Assembly: GCA_964016885.1 (NCBI GenBank)
Contig: OZ024740.1
Span: 340,628,001-340,692,000 of the forward strand
Origin: Eledone cirrhosa
Taxonomy: Eukaryota
Direction of reading: 5' to 3'
DNA length: 64,000 nt
Shown: one piece after another, positions 38,809 to 52,570 of the stretch
How positions within the stretch are numbered: the stretch's first letter is position 1
How the letters are laid out: each line of letters begins with the position of its first letter
Made by a program: the position numbers and the translations under genes
The notes under the pieces: model-generated
The model's database searches: none
Seen by the model: the letters and a program-made list of their open reading frames with translations, nothing else
What the model was told of the DNA's origin: nothing

Positions 38809-41499
38809 TTAGGGAGAGGTATAGTCAATTATATGAACTATTATTGTAAAGAGGTAGGTAGAGAGGATCCTTTGGTCCTGTCAAGAACTTGACAACCTCT
38901 CTAGTGTTGGTATCACAAAAAAATGCATCCAATGCACTCTGTTGAGTGGTTGGCAATCAAACAGATACAATGTAGAGAAGAGAGAACACTTCAGTTTTTG
39001 CCAAGTACATGACAACCTCTAGTAGTGGTGACATAAAATGCACACAGTACACTCTGCAAAGTGGTTGGTGTTACTTAGAGCATTTTGCTACAGAAACGAA
39101 GCCAAATATAGAACATATGTGCAAGACCTGGTTCTCTGACTAATCTAATCTAGGTCTGTTGTGACTCATTCAACCCATGCCAGCATAGAAAACAGACATA
39201 ACATGATGATGATTGGTACTTATTGTATCAATCCAACCAGGATTAAATGCAAAATCAACAGGATTTTATTTGAATTAAAAATAAAAAATAATCTAACTTT
39301 CCACTGCAATAATTCTACCAAATTTTAAGAAATGATGTCTGAGAATTGTAAACAATGAATGTATATGGTTTTTTTCATAATTCTTTGATTTACCATTTAA
39401 TCTATTAATAGATAATTTTTTTAATCAATGTGATTTTAATTTCCTCTCTGCAAATTTCAGTTGTTAAAGTTGCCACAGTAAACTCTCAATTTAATGGACT
39501 AATAGTAGGGAACGTGTGACTGTTAATGCTGAAAGTCTGTTAAATTGAAGGTAACTTTAGAGGTTATTTTTATTATTCTTAATGTAAAACAAAAAATTTA
39601 ATACAATATATACAAATGCACAACATAAAATGATTCAATTATAATGTGGAAGATGTAATTTTTACTGCAATTGAAGTGTAGCTAGAAAATATTTTGCTAT
39701 GACTATAGTGGTAATTAGTGCCAGCGCTACCATTAAAGCCAACTAGGTAACTGCCAAGAGCTCAGAAAGGGGTATTGCTAAATATTAAAGGATCACAATT
39801 TTATACAAGTTTCTATAATTATATTGTATACACAATAATTTCCTATGATTAATAAATGATTCAATAAACATCTTCGCGATATAGTAGCATTGTGGAAATA
39901 TCTAAAGTGGTGGAGTGGGTCATATGAAGTTATGACCTGTCACCGAATTTGAATTGGATAAGTGTGAATTGTGTATTGGAAAATGTAGGCTTAATAATTT
40001 TCTTAGTGTGGTTAGAACAAGAAGTGTTAAAAACTTGGTGTGTCAGCTTTCCAAAATGTAAGTTGGTGTTATTTTATTTGAGAAAATGGGTCATTGTAGA
40101 TCTAGTGTGGTAAATACCCATGTGCCAGCTCTGGTGGTAGTACAGTATTGTATTGTTAGTATGTGATTCATTAGATTGGGGTCTGTTAAGCCAAGGGTTT
40201 ACTCTAATTATTTAATTTCTATTGAAATTCTATAAATTTCTGGTATTTTTGTTTTTTTGCGCCCTGATCAAACTTTATCGATCAGCTGAAATATTCTGTT
40301 GATTTTATTATGTTGAAATGGAAATATGATGAGTTGGTGATTAAAAATTGATTGAAAGTAAATAATAAGCAAAAAAAAAAGTTTGAAATAGTGACATGAT
40401 AAATTTACTATAAGCCAAATAACTGATTAAGTCATTGTTTAAGCAAATCATTAAATCTCTAGCAACTATATAAGATCATTCAAACATTGTTAAATTTACA
40501 AACAAACAAAAAAAAAAAATTTCTACTTTTGACACATGGCCTAATAATAAAAATAATAATTTTCAAGTGTCAAATTAAAAGAAAAATGATAATTGTATTA
40601 TGTTGGAAAGTAATTTATGAATTTTATTTTTTTTTTTGCCCTCAGATGACTATGTGCGGACACTGCAAGGTATACTTGCATTACTATCTGTTACCTAATC
40701 AAGCAACTGCTGCTTATGGCATACAATATTTTTCTTGAATAGTATTTATAGATATTGCTTTTTCCAATATATATATATAATCCTTCCTTACCTATTCTGA
40801 CAAGCATACTGTTCACCCCCATTTAACTAATTGTTATATTTCTCCTTATTCTTCAACGATTAATAATCTTTTATTTTCAATATTTACAAATATTGGTGTA
40901 TTTTCTTTTTTATTCATATATTTATTATTTATATCTTTAACAGATTTGTTTAAGAGGTTTTTTTTTTTATTATTTATGTATTATTTTTTTGTTAAATAAT
41001 TTTTTTATATTAACTTGTTCATTTTGAATATATATTAAAGAATCTAATATTTGCAATATAATATTTCCCTGTTTGTTTCAATGAAAACAAGTTATATATT
41101 TATTTATCTAAATAAACATGTTAAACACACAGCTTTAGCAACTAGTGTGGCCGTGTCCTCTTTGCCTTTAATCCTTTTCGGGGCAATAATATGTGGGATT
41201 CTAGTTGTTTGATCAATGAAACAGTCTGCTCATGAAATTAATGTGTCAGTGGCTGAGCATTCCACAGACATTACATTACTCATCATGTAATTCTCAGAGT
41301 TTCAGTGTGACAAGACTAGTCCTTTGGTTTACAGATGCAACAGGCTTACAAATAGTTTCCATCTATTTAATGTCACTCACTAGGCATGAGTCAACTTGAA
41401 GCTAATGACACTGATCCCATTGCATGACATTTTGGACAAAATTCAAGACCTGATGGCTGCAAAGTGATTCTTGACCATTTGGCCATGCTGTGTCCAATA

Positions 41500-42865
41500 A
41501 ATGCAAGCCACAAATTGGCTGAGTTGTAAGAGCATTGGTATTTCTTCTGGTTCTCTGCACTCTGAGTTCTACTTTACCTTTCATTGTTTCCAGGTTGGTA
41601 AAATACAGTATCAGTCCTGAGCAGTGAATTTGAGAAATCATTAGAGCAGCTGACAAGATGCCTTGTGTTATTTTTTCTACTATTTGCATTCTGAGCTCAA
41701 ATCCTGTTGTGGCTTACTTAGGTAGTAGAATTAATGTCACCTGGTTTGACCCCACCTTGGATGCCTTTAGAGGAGTCCACTCTGTTTGCAAACATTTAGA
41801 TGAGGTCTCCAGTTTGCGGATACCTTTGCCTTTCACTGCCATCATTCAGAGACCCTGAAAAGTTTCATGAGCACTGCTCCCACCCACCACCACCTCTATC
41901 CCAACTAAACAATAAAAAATAAATATATCATTAAAAAAATAGTCATTTTCAGTAACTGTTTCGATCCCCCATTTTTAAGTTCCAGTCAAAAGCAGGGGAT
42001 TGGTAACTTTGATAGAATAGCAGACAAAAGGCCATGTGATATTTAGTTATGCCTCTATATGTTCTGAGTTCAAATCATAGGGCTGACCTTTGTCTTTTAT
42101 CTTTCTGAAGTAATTAAAACAAATATCAATCAATTACTGGAGTCATTTAAAATCAATAGTTTCCACCCTGTAATATGAAGCCTTATCCATAGCCATGTTA
42201 TATATAAATCAATATTTATTGTTAATGTTTGGATGGTAGATTGATAGACCAGGTAAAGTGTTGGACAGAATGCTTTGCAGTATTTAGTTACAGTTCTTTA
42301 CGTTCTAAATTCAAATCCCACTGATGTATATATTTGTAATATTGGTGTGTATATTTATATTACTAGTGTATCTCATACTAATAATTACTCATTATTGGTT
42401 ATTTGGTCATGCTACTTTATATGAAGTTACTCTCCACATCTCTCTCTCTCTCTCTACTACTCTTCCTACACCTCCTGTAGAACAATTAGTAATTTGCCTC
42501 CTCTAGCTCTCCTTCCTACTATTACTTCTCTATCTCCTCATCTTCTTATTTCTACTACTACTATGTAATATAAATTATTTATACCAGCAACTTTGAATAA
42601 GAACTGACCAAAAATATAACAACCCATCCAGTCTATGCTAGCATGGAAAACAGATGTATAATAATGATGATTACTGATCAGTAGAGCGTCAGACAACATG
42701 CTTTGGTAAATTGAGTTACGGCCCTTTACGTTCTGTGTTCAAATCCTGGTTAGCTTTGCCTTTCATCCTTACGAGGTCAATTAAAATACTGGGGTCGATT
42801 TAATCGGACCCCCCCCCCCCCCCTTCAAATTGCCAGCCTTGTACCTAAAGTAGAAACAATTATTT
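41500..42865. mobile_element. Cluster of tRNA-SINE fragments in both orientations (~41510-41720, 42000-42140, 42230-42325, 42680-42865)
   Basis: Repeated ttctgagttcaaatcc B-box and gcctttcatcc core. Confidence 0.65.
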
Positions 42866-44159
42866 ATATTTTCTGATATTTATTTTTAAAAAAAAAATTA
42901 CAACAAAAAACAAAACAATAATTGCTGAAATGTAGCATAATAGTCAACATTTCTTGCCAAAAGGTTGGAAGGACTCTCTAGTTGTGTCAAAGACATGACA
43001 ATCTCCCTAGCTTTGGTGATCTACACAATAAATGCATCCAGTACATACTCTAAAGTGGTTGATGATAGGATGGTATCCAGCTGTAGAAAACTTGTCAAAC
43101 AAAGGGTTGGAGGATCTTTCAATTGTGACAAAGACATAACAACCTCCCTAGTACTGGTGTCATGATAAAATGCACTCAGTAGAGTGTAGGACTCTATGTA
43201 AGATAGATGTAAACCACTCAGCCCATCTGAGAGGACAGTAACCCTGTTTAAGTACTGACTCGGCCTTTGAAGACCTGTTCAACTTGCTAGTAAGGAAAAC
43301 ATGTTAAGTGATGATGATAGAAGCTTTCAGTTTCATGATGAGATCAGATAACAGAAATAAGTACTACTTGTTTACAAATAACTAACTAATAATCTTACCA
43401 ACAGAGCCTATAACTGGGGTGTTGAGCCAATACATCAGTCCAGGGTTCAGACAGCGAAGGAGAGATCTGTGATTGCCTGCCCTCCTCACTCAAAACAAAA
43501 TCTCTCATCTCACCAGGTGTGCCTAAAAGCAGTCTTATTTTGTTTTGCAGCTCAATTTACTAATCCAGTGAATTGAAAACTATGAAAATTTGAATTCCAA
43601 TGTATTTTTATTTTGTTTTGAATTATGTAATAAAATTCATCAATGGATATCTCTTCATATTAAATAGTTTTGAATCATGCAGTAAATGGGCACCATTGTG
43701 TTGATTTCATTATCATCCACAGTCTGGGATATTAACATTTTTTCTTAGAAGTTCTGTGGCTGAGGGCAGCAAATTGGCAGAGTTGCCAGAATGTCAAACA
43801 GAATGCTTTACATTATTTGTTCCAGCCCTCTATGCTCTGAGTTCAAAACCTGTCACTTACAAGTGGAAAAACACTGCTTAGAGGGAGTATTTGCCTACTA
43901 ATCACTTGGATAATCTCTGTTGAACTATGTTTTTCAACTCAATATATTACATATGTTGTATGTTAATATTTGCTATACTCTGTTAACACAGTAATGACAG
44001 TTTCAGCTGTTTACTGATTAATCTATCTAATTAATAGCAGTTCTACTAAGTATTCTCCCTTCATGTGTTTATATATACACATTTCTATGATATATATATA
44101 TACACAACTCTACTGCATGTATACATCTCTACTGTAAATATACATCTCTGTTTCATATA

Positions 44160-44960
44160 TCATTATCAGTAGCAGCATTTTTACATTTGTTTTTCCACGC
44201 TTGCATGGTTTGGATGGGACCTTCTCATCACAGCATCTCTCCACTCACTGCATTTCTTCGTCATCTCCTCTGTGAGTCTCAGCGATTTGAGGGTATCTCT
44301 GACCACGTTTTTCTTGGTCAACATCTATGCACATCACATGTCCATACCAACGCAGTCATCTCTCCTTCACACCACATCAGATTCCTCTTAAACCCAGGTT
44401 CTCTCTCAGTTCAACAAACTCTGCTTTTCTTTTACGTTTACATTGCACATCCAATGAAGCATGGCTGCTTCATTTCTCTCCAGTCTATGCATGTCTTCTG
44501 TAGTCACTGCTCATGTTTCACTACCATGCAGCATTGCACTTCGCACACAGGCATCATGCACTCATCCATTTGTATGTAGGGAGAAACCTTTTGTTGTCAG
44601 CAGTAGGAGTAGCTCTCTAAACTTTTTTCACCTTATCTTTATTCTAGCTATTATGCTCTCAGAGCACCTTCCTCTGCTGCTAATTAGGTCACCTACAGAG
44701 CAGAAGTTATCAACCACTTTTATGGATCCTTCCTGTGACTTGAAGAGGTTTATATCACTGATGCTCTTTCTCTTTATTATTCCTGTGCATCGCCTACATA
44801 CAAAGTCTTCCTTTCCTGTTGTCTACCCATTATCTCACTACAGCTCTTGTGTATCCAAGATTTCATTGTGCACATCATATGGAGTTTATGCCTACTCCTT
44901 TTCTACATATTGTTCCACAATAAAATTCTCGGATGGAGTTGGGAAGGGCATTTTGCTGTG
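44160..44960 (-). mobile_element. Degenerate RTE fragment with tail
   Basis: Antisense ORF 44461-44991 mirrors the RTE thumb region; tail ttccacgcttgcatgg. Confidence 0.8.
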
Positions 44961-47900
44961 GAGGCTATGCCTAAGTGAAAACACGAAGTAGATATAGTCA
45001 CCTGTCTGGAAACTAAATATTTATTGATAATGATGTGTTCTCCTTCTACTTCCAGCGATGCCCCTGATATATCTTCCCTGTCCAACTCATTCATGCATAG
45101 AAATCTGAACATATTCCACAAAATACTACCAATCATATCTCACTCTCTTCAAGACCATCTCCATGACTCATCACTCACTCTTCCACAATGCTGGTGCTAT
45201 AACAAAAAACACTAATTCTACCCTATACAGTGTTTGTACTGATTTCACTACAAAAAACATATGCTGTAATATGGTTGATGTTATGAAGTGCATCCAGTAT
45301 AAAGAACCAAGTCAAAAGTGGATTGTATGAGCAAGATATAGTCACTTGACCTTTCTATCCTCATAATGTAACAGCCTGTCTAACCCATGCAAGCATGGAA
45401 AATAGATGTTACATGATTATGATGATGTTAATGTCTCTACTGTATATATCCATCTCTGTTGTATACATATGCAACTATCTCTACTGTGTGTATACATCAG
45501 TTACATATACACTGTTAAGCATAGACTTATATTAAAAAAAAAAGTCAATAAGGAAAAAAAACACAGGCTAATAATACAATACAATGCAATGATGATATAT
45601 ATTCATTTAACACTTGATATAGTAGGAAAAGTATTAACATTTCAGACATTAATCCTTCATTCAAGGAAAGAGAGAAGAGAAGATGATTGGGAGAGGGAGA
45701 GAAGAAAAAGAAAGATAAGCAAGAGTGAAAAAGAAAGAAAATGTTGACAGGAGGAAAATGTGTGTAGTTAGTCAGCCATTTTGGAAAGTTGGGTATCAGA
45801 ACGAGGCTTGTGTATTTGAAAGTTAGAGATAGGGAGATAAATACCTAAGGTAGGAATGAAATTGTGTGTGTGCTTTTAGCAGGAACAATTCTATTATAAA
45901 ATATTCAAGCCAGTGATCCAATTTGAAGTTAACTTCCTCATTACTTCTCTCCCTCCTTTCCTATCTATATTAGAAATCCTGAGAAGAGTCTTAGACACTG
46001 CTTTTCTCCACTTTGACTAAACTGGAGCAATTGAACAGCATTGAGGAAATGCTAAATATTCAGACTGCTTAAGTGTCTTAATAGGGTCAAGGGGGGAAAA
46101 CATTGGTTGCTAATGGTGGTTTGTAGATTTACACTTAGGGGAGTAATTGAAGGAGGTTTGTGTTATTAGTTGCATAGATACTATTATGTTTTAGCCACAG
46201 TTATATACAAACACACAGACACACACACATGTGCATACAAATTGTAATTATTGTTGATCTTAAATTAAATCATTTTATTGCATATTATTTCTGTATGTTG
46301 TTGTGAATGAATACCTTAGGTTTGCTCAGACTTCTGTTATATATTTTAGATAGTTCAAAGGTTTACTGCTTACTGTTCTCATACACACACACACACACAC
46401 ATAAACACATACATATAGGTGATGACAAACTTATGATCTACTTAACTGTTGGACTAAGATAAAGCAGAGTGTATCACTAGGTTTACAGGGCAGAATTGTA
46501 GATAACTAACTAGTTGTGTTGTTTTTTTGGCTCCTTAGTATGTCTACTGAACCTGATCTTACAGAATGGCATGATTGCTATATAGATGAAGACACTGACA
46601 TTGCCATCTGCAAAAATGGTAAGAAAATCTTTCTTCTGGACACAACTACACAATTTCTTTTGTTTTATAACAACAGTTCTATAAGAGCAAGACACGGTCA
46701 CCTGACCCAACTTGCCACAAATGGGACAACCTGTCTAACACATGCTAGTGTGGAAAGTGGATGTTAAATGATGATGATGATGAATAACAAAGAATATATA
46801 AAATATATTTAGTCTTTCGAATGTACATTGCAAAAATAAATAAGGTAAAGAAAAAGAGAACAAAGGGGCAAAAAAACAAAAGTAAAGGTACCCTTGGTTG
46901 ATCAGCACATCTCAACTATGCCTTGCAGATAAGATAGCAAACCTTGCTATGAAGAACAGCCAGAGATATATGCTGCATCACATCAGCTATTCCACTTCAC
47001 AGGGCTCCTTCTTCAGGTGCAATGCCCTCATCCCTCACCTAATAACTGTATTTAGAAATTCCAGCCAAAGAATCTTTAGAAAGATCTTTTAACTCTTAAC
47101 CTTGTGTAACAACATGAAACCACATTAGAAAGGCATTCTTGAAAAGTATAAACCAGTACTAAAATTGCATCACATTAAAAATTAAAGTTATTTAGTTTAT
47201 TGTAAATTTCCACAATAATCTGCCCACTAGTAAAGATACTATAAACATTCAGTTTAACACACCTATTTTTAGATATTTTCTGCTAAATCATTACTGGATG
47301 GTAAGTTCTTTTATCCTGTTATATTTATTTAAAATTGAAATTAAGAAATAAGTGTTGAAGTGGCAAGTATGATAAATGTTTAAGGCTTGTATTTAGTTTC
47401 TTCTTGAAGTTAAATAGTAATATACCTTATAAAATCATGTGTAAGTTACACCTCGATTTTGTATACAGCATTTACAATGTACCATATATTTGGAAATGAA
47501 GTTTTGAAAGTCTGGTAGTCACATACTGGCTTTTTATGTCATATTTTCATAGAAAAAAAGTAACTTATACACAAATATATATGACATTTAAAGTTGATGG
47601 TTGATAACCCATAAACTGTGACATGAAGTAGTGAAATTTTGTCTTTAAAAAATTAAACTTTAGAAAAAATTACTACAAGATAAAGCAACAGATTAAGAGG
47701 TGTTTTGGTAAAATTTAAGAAATTTTAAGTTTGAGGTTATTTTGTAAATGAGTACTATATTGCCATAAATAATATGAAAGAAGGTTGTGTGTATAATGAA
47801 TTTTGATAAATATTAGAAACAAACTTTAGAAAAATCTTACCTTTGTATTTCATGGTTTAATCCATGATTGAGAATTCTGTGGTTAGTGATAAGCTTCTAA

Positions 47901-49208
47901 TCCAACACATGTGTATACTATATCATATATATAACATGAATATAAAAACACATCTGTGTGTGTATATATATGTATAGTGTTTTTAGTACTTCAATTTGAG
48001 ACTGTAAACATGTATGTAAAGTAATATTATTATAGCAATGTTAACTTTGTTATTGCAATATTGACAGTATCACAGTGCCATTATAGTAATGATAGATCTA
48101 TTTAATTGCTAACACAATTAAAATTTAGAACCTGTTTTCCATCTCATAACACAATATAATCTAAAACTCTGATTCTTCTGAAGTGGCAGGTATTGTAGTA
48201 TCCAGTGGCTAAAATAGTGTTGATTTTGTCCCTCAGACTGTTGCAAAGTGACAAGGGACATTAAAGTCTACTGGGGTAAATATTTAGTACACCACAATTA
48301 GCTGGTTTCTCAAAATGAGAGATGAACACACATCCTTCATAAATCTGGGTCATTCTCACTCTAGTTTGTTTGATAACTGGAGGGAGGTTTCATTTCAGAG
48401 TAGGTATTGTGTAGAGAAAAAAGCTATTGAAAGTTCTTTGTTAGAGATGTCAGATATGAGATTAAATTAGGTTGATATTAAATATTGGAAGGGCAAAGGT
48501 TGGTAAAAAACCACTTGTATTGAGATAGTAAGCTTCTTACCTTTACAGACCCTAAATACTCTACTTTTTTTTTTATCTCTACATCAGAGCTGATAAAATA
48601 CACTTTATCTTTACATTTATAATTACTTGATGCCTCTATCAATTATTTTGATCACAGTTACTTAAGATATGTCCCCTCCCACTGTGAGCTCCTTGAAATT
48701 CCACAGTAGTTGATGGACAGAGCAAAAACAATATAAATTAATTATAAGAAACTTTAAATCATAAGTTTCTTCCCTTATTCAAGCTCAAAGGAAACTGCTT
48801 TCCTATATGGAATTCTTCATTACTCTGGTTCATTGGCAGTCTCAAAATATATTTCAACCTTTCTGCCACACGTTAGTTTTGTTAAGAGATTCATCATCCA
48901 CCCTATCATCATCATCATCATATATCTATTTTACCACTCTTGCATCGGTTAGAAGTGTTGTTACATTATCTGAAAAGCCAGATCCGAAGACCACATCATG
49001 CTCATATGGATCTGTATTTTGGCTTGGGTTCTACAGATGGATGCTTTTTATTGTACTGAAACAACCACCTAGACACAGTTTCCAATCAATATATTGTGTG
49101 AACTTACTGCTGGTGTCTGGTAACAAACGGAGATAAAACCAAGTTGAAGGTGAGAGCTGTTATATTGACCAGGGTTTCCTGGAAGAAACACACAGAAACA
49201 ATGTTTAA

Positions 49209-49321
49209 ACACACACACACACACACACATATATACATATATACATATATATACATATATATACATATATATACATATATACACATATATACATATATAT
49301 ACATATATATACATATATATA
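49209..49321. repeat. (CA)n followed by (TACATATATA)n
   Basis: Direct reading. Confidence 0.95.
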
Positions 49322-50354
49322 GGAAACCAGTAAAATGGTAAAATCAAAATAAGTACCAGGCTTGAAATAAAATATAAATACTGGGGTTGATATTGACTAA
49401 AACCCCTTCAAAGCAGTGCCCCAGGATATCCACACTCATATGATAAAGCCTCTACATACTGGTGATCAATAATAATTCAACAGTCTCATTTTTGAGAGCT
49501 TTCATAATGCAACCTCATGCTATTTTGTATATCTTTGATACATGCAGTTTTTTTTCTTTTCTATTGGATTGGATGTACTCAATATAATATGTGTGCATTA
49601 TCTAGCAGTGCTATTTTCTGTATATTGTGTATGTGTGCAAGTTATGGGGCTCGCTATGTAATATGTGTGCCATGCCTCATCATTGTACATCTGCTTTTAA
49701 TTCTAGCATGTGTTGGTTGGGTTTTCATGATCTGAGTTAGCTTCAGTTCAGAGTTACTGGCCACTTAGATGAGCCATGTAACAGTCTCTTGCTTGTACAT
49801 TTCAGTTCGAAAGGTTTCTATGGCTGGTTGCCCTTCACCAACCACTTTGCAGGTGCATTTTATCATGGCATCAGCACTAGAGGAGTTATCATGTTCTTGA
49901 TATAGCTACAGAGTCCTCTCTACCCTATGTTGTCTGTCAAACACTTTACAGACTGTATTGGGTGTATTCACTACAAAAGTAAGACCTGGGGTTTTGTTTG
50001 TATATATCTAGCAGGTTTTTTTTTATTTTCACTCCCAATGCTGTGATTTTTCTTTATTTACTCAGCTTTTTATTTTTGAGATTTGTCAGGTATTTTCTTG
50101 CCAACATCTTAGCATCTTATTCTGAAATCCCATTTCAGTAGTTTAGTTTTAATTTTTTACAAATATATTACTTACTATTGTTTCCCTGTTCTCTTGTCTG
50201 TTACTCCAGTTTTTTTCAAGACAGAAAAGAGTTGTTCCACTCATGTTTTGGGGCTATTTCTATTAGTTTTCTTATTTTTGTAATCTTTCAGTAACTTTGT
50301 AGTTACTAGAGTATTGTTACTTGTTACTTTGAGTTTAACATTTAGTTTGTTTAA

Positions 50355-50586
50355 CCCTTTTGTTACCATATTTATGTTTCAATTAGTTTTGAAAAAAAAA
50401 TTTTTTTAAAGAAATTTCGTAATATAACTAACTTTCTTATTATCAAACTGGTATTTGAAACATAACTGAACAAAAATGTTTTACATAAAATTATGATGGG
50501 AGGTTTTAATATAAGTATGACCAATTTAAAACAGGCAGTTTTATATAAAACCAGGCGTGGTTTCAGACAGGTTGGTAATGAAAAGA
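50355..50586. mobile_element. TTAA-flanked MITE family 2
   Basis: ttaa|cccttttgttacca ... tggtaatgaaaaga|ttaa imperfect TIRs. Confidence 0.6.
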
Positions 50587-51474
50587 TTAAGTATTAATCT
50601 GATATATCAATAATATTCTTTCCTAACCTTTTCATTCATTTCTCTGTGTTGTACCCTCTCTATGTTATTATTTCTGAAGAATTTGTAACTCTGTGTTTGG
50701 TTTATGACATTACAATGCACCTAATATATTCAATAAAGTGGTTAACGATTGAACAGAGACAATATGAGGTAGAGAAGACTCTAGTCTTATCAAACATATG
50801 ACCTCTCTAGTGCTGGTGCAATAATAAAATGCATCCTGTACACTTTGTAAAGTGTTAGTGCTGGTGACACAATGAAATGTACCCAGTACACTCTGTTTTG
50901 TGGTTGATGATAGGAAAGACATCCAGCCATAGAAACCATGCCAAACATGAAATGTATAGGCAAAATAAGGTCTTTCCAATATATCTAGTCTTTCACCATG
51001 ACAATCTGTCCAATCCATGCCAGCTTAGGAAGCGGGCATAAAACAATGAGGACAATGATAATATTAGTTGTTATAATTTTATTTTCCTCTCTTCAATGTT
51101 ACCTTGGCATATTTTTTTTTATTAAAATCCCATAGCAATTTCTCTATTAGATTCATATATTGTGTATGTAATAGAACTTCCAGTTGTTTATCATCTATAT
51201 GAGGTTTTCTCTATACAAGGCATGGTTATGTTTATATCCCATTTGATATACAATGTTAGTTAAACCTTTTATAATAGATACAAATGATTTTCAATTAATT
51301 TTGAAAATGATCAAGAATTTGGAAAAATTTAGCAATGTAACTTATATAGCTGATGTTTGGAACATAACTTAAAGTTTCTTTCATAAAATTCTATATATAT
51401 TACTCTTTTACTCTTTTACCTGTTTCAGCCATCCGGCTGAGGCCATGCTGGGTCACAACCCTTGAAAAAGATAA

Positions 51475-51594
51475 ACGCTTACGGCACCTAGGGTTCCCAA
51501 GCGGTCACCCATCCAAGTACTAACTCGGCTCTACGTTGCTTAACTTCAGTGATCGGACGAGAACCAGTGTTTTCAGCGTGATATGGCCGTAAAT
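51475..51594 (-). pseudogene. Full-length 5S rRNA copy, dispersed and probably retroposed
   Basis: Reverse complement ..TTACGGCCATATCACGCTGAAAACACTGGTTCTCGTCCGATCACTGAAGTTAAGCAACGTAGAGCCGAGTTAGTACTTGGATGGGTGACCGCTTGGGAACCCTAGGTGCCGTAAGC; typical metazoan 5S with box A and box C; 5' end runs into (TA)n. Confidence 0.9.
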
Positions 51595-52149
51595 ATATAT
51601 ATATAAATACTTTAAAACAAGCAGTTTTGAACAAAGGCCATTTTCAGACATTTTTGTATTAAAAAGGTGAAAGATGTTAATTCCAAACAAAAGGAGTGGA
51701 GAGATTTTAAGTTTAATACATACATTGAATTCATTCAACAGCTTGAAATCATCATCCTTTAATGCCTGTTTTCCCTGCTAGAAAGGGTTGGATGGGTCTT
51801 CAGACTAAGTCAGTACTTAATCTGAGTTAGTGATTTCTCGGACCCTACAGAGTTCACGAGGGGCATTTTATTGTGGCACAGCACTAGGGAGGATATCATG
51901 TCTTTGAGACAAGAGTTCACTTAACATTTTGTTTTGCAAGTTTTCTGTGGCTGAGTGTCCTTCCTATACCAACCACTTACAGAGTGTATTAGGTACATTT
52001 AATCATGTCAGTTCACACAGTTGAGAGTCCTCTCATCCCTTTTTTGGCATAGTTTCTACAGCTTGATGCCATTCCTATCACCAACCACATTATAAGGTAT
52101 ACTGAATGCATTTTTTTGTGGCGTAGAAAGGTTGTTATGACTGAAGAGT

Positions 52150-52570
52150 TGTTGATAGCTCCTCTGTACTTGGCTTACACTACTCTCACCAGCCATTCTT
52201 CTACATCTAATTTCCTTAAGGCCCACCAGATAATAGATCGAGGTACTCTGTCAAAGGCCTTTTCTGGATCAATGAAAGCTGAGTATAGAGGCATATTTTT
52301 GGCTAGGAACTTCTCTTGTAGTGCCTCACTAAAAAGAGAGTGACTCTAGTACTTTTCCCAGGCATGAAACCAAACTGACTCTTTCTTTAATTAGTTGCAC
52401 TATAACTCTTTTTGTCCCTTTCATTACTTGATCCATTAGTTTTATCCCTCTACAGTTGCTCCTTTCTAGAGCATCACCTTTTCCCTTGTAGCAATTTATG
52501 ATTGTATTACTGTGTCAATCATTGGGTATGACACCATCCTATATTACCTTATTGCCTATGTGGGTTTACT
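52150..52570 (-). mobile_element. Degenerate RTE RT fragment
   Basis: Matches family B region (CYKGKGDAL, EKAFDRVP, WALRKL). Confidence 0.8.

Noticed and set aside
40255-40300. ctgatca...gaaa hammerhead-like spacing
   Set aside because: Core mismatch (CUGAUCA) and no convincing stems I or III.
51475-51594. Functional 5S rRNA locus
   Set aside because: Single dispersed copy, first bases lost to (TA)n so helix I is incomplete, no upstream flank, and a retro-type tail; expression is not excluded.
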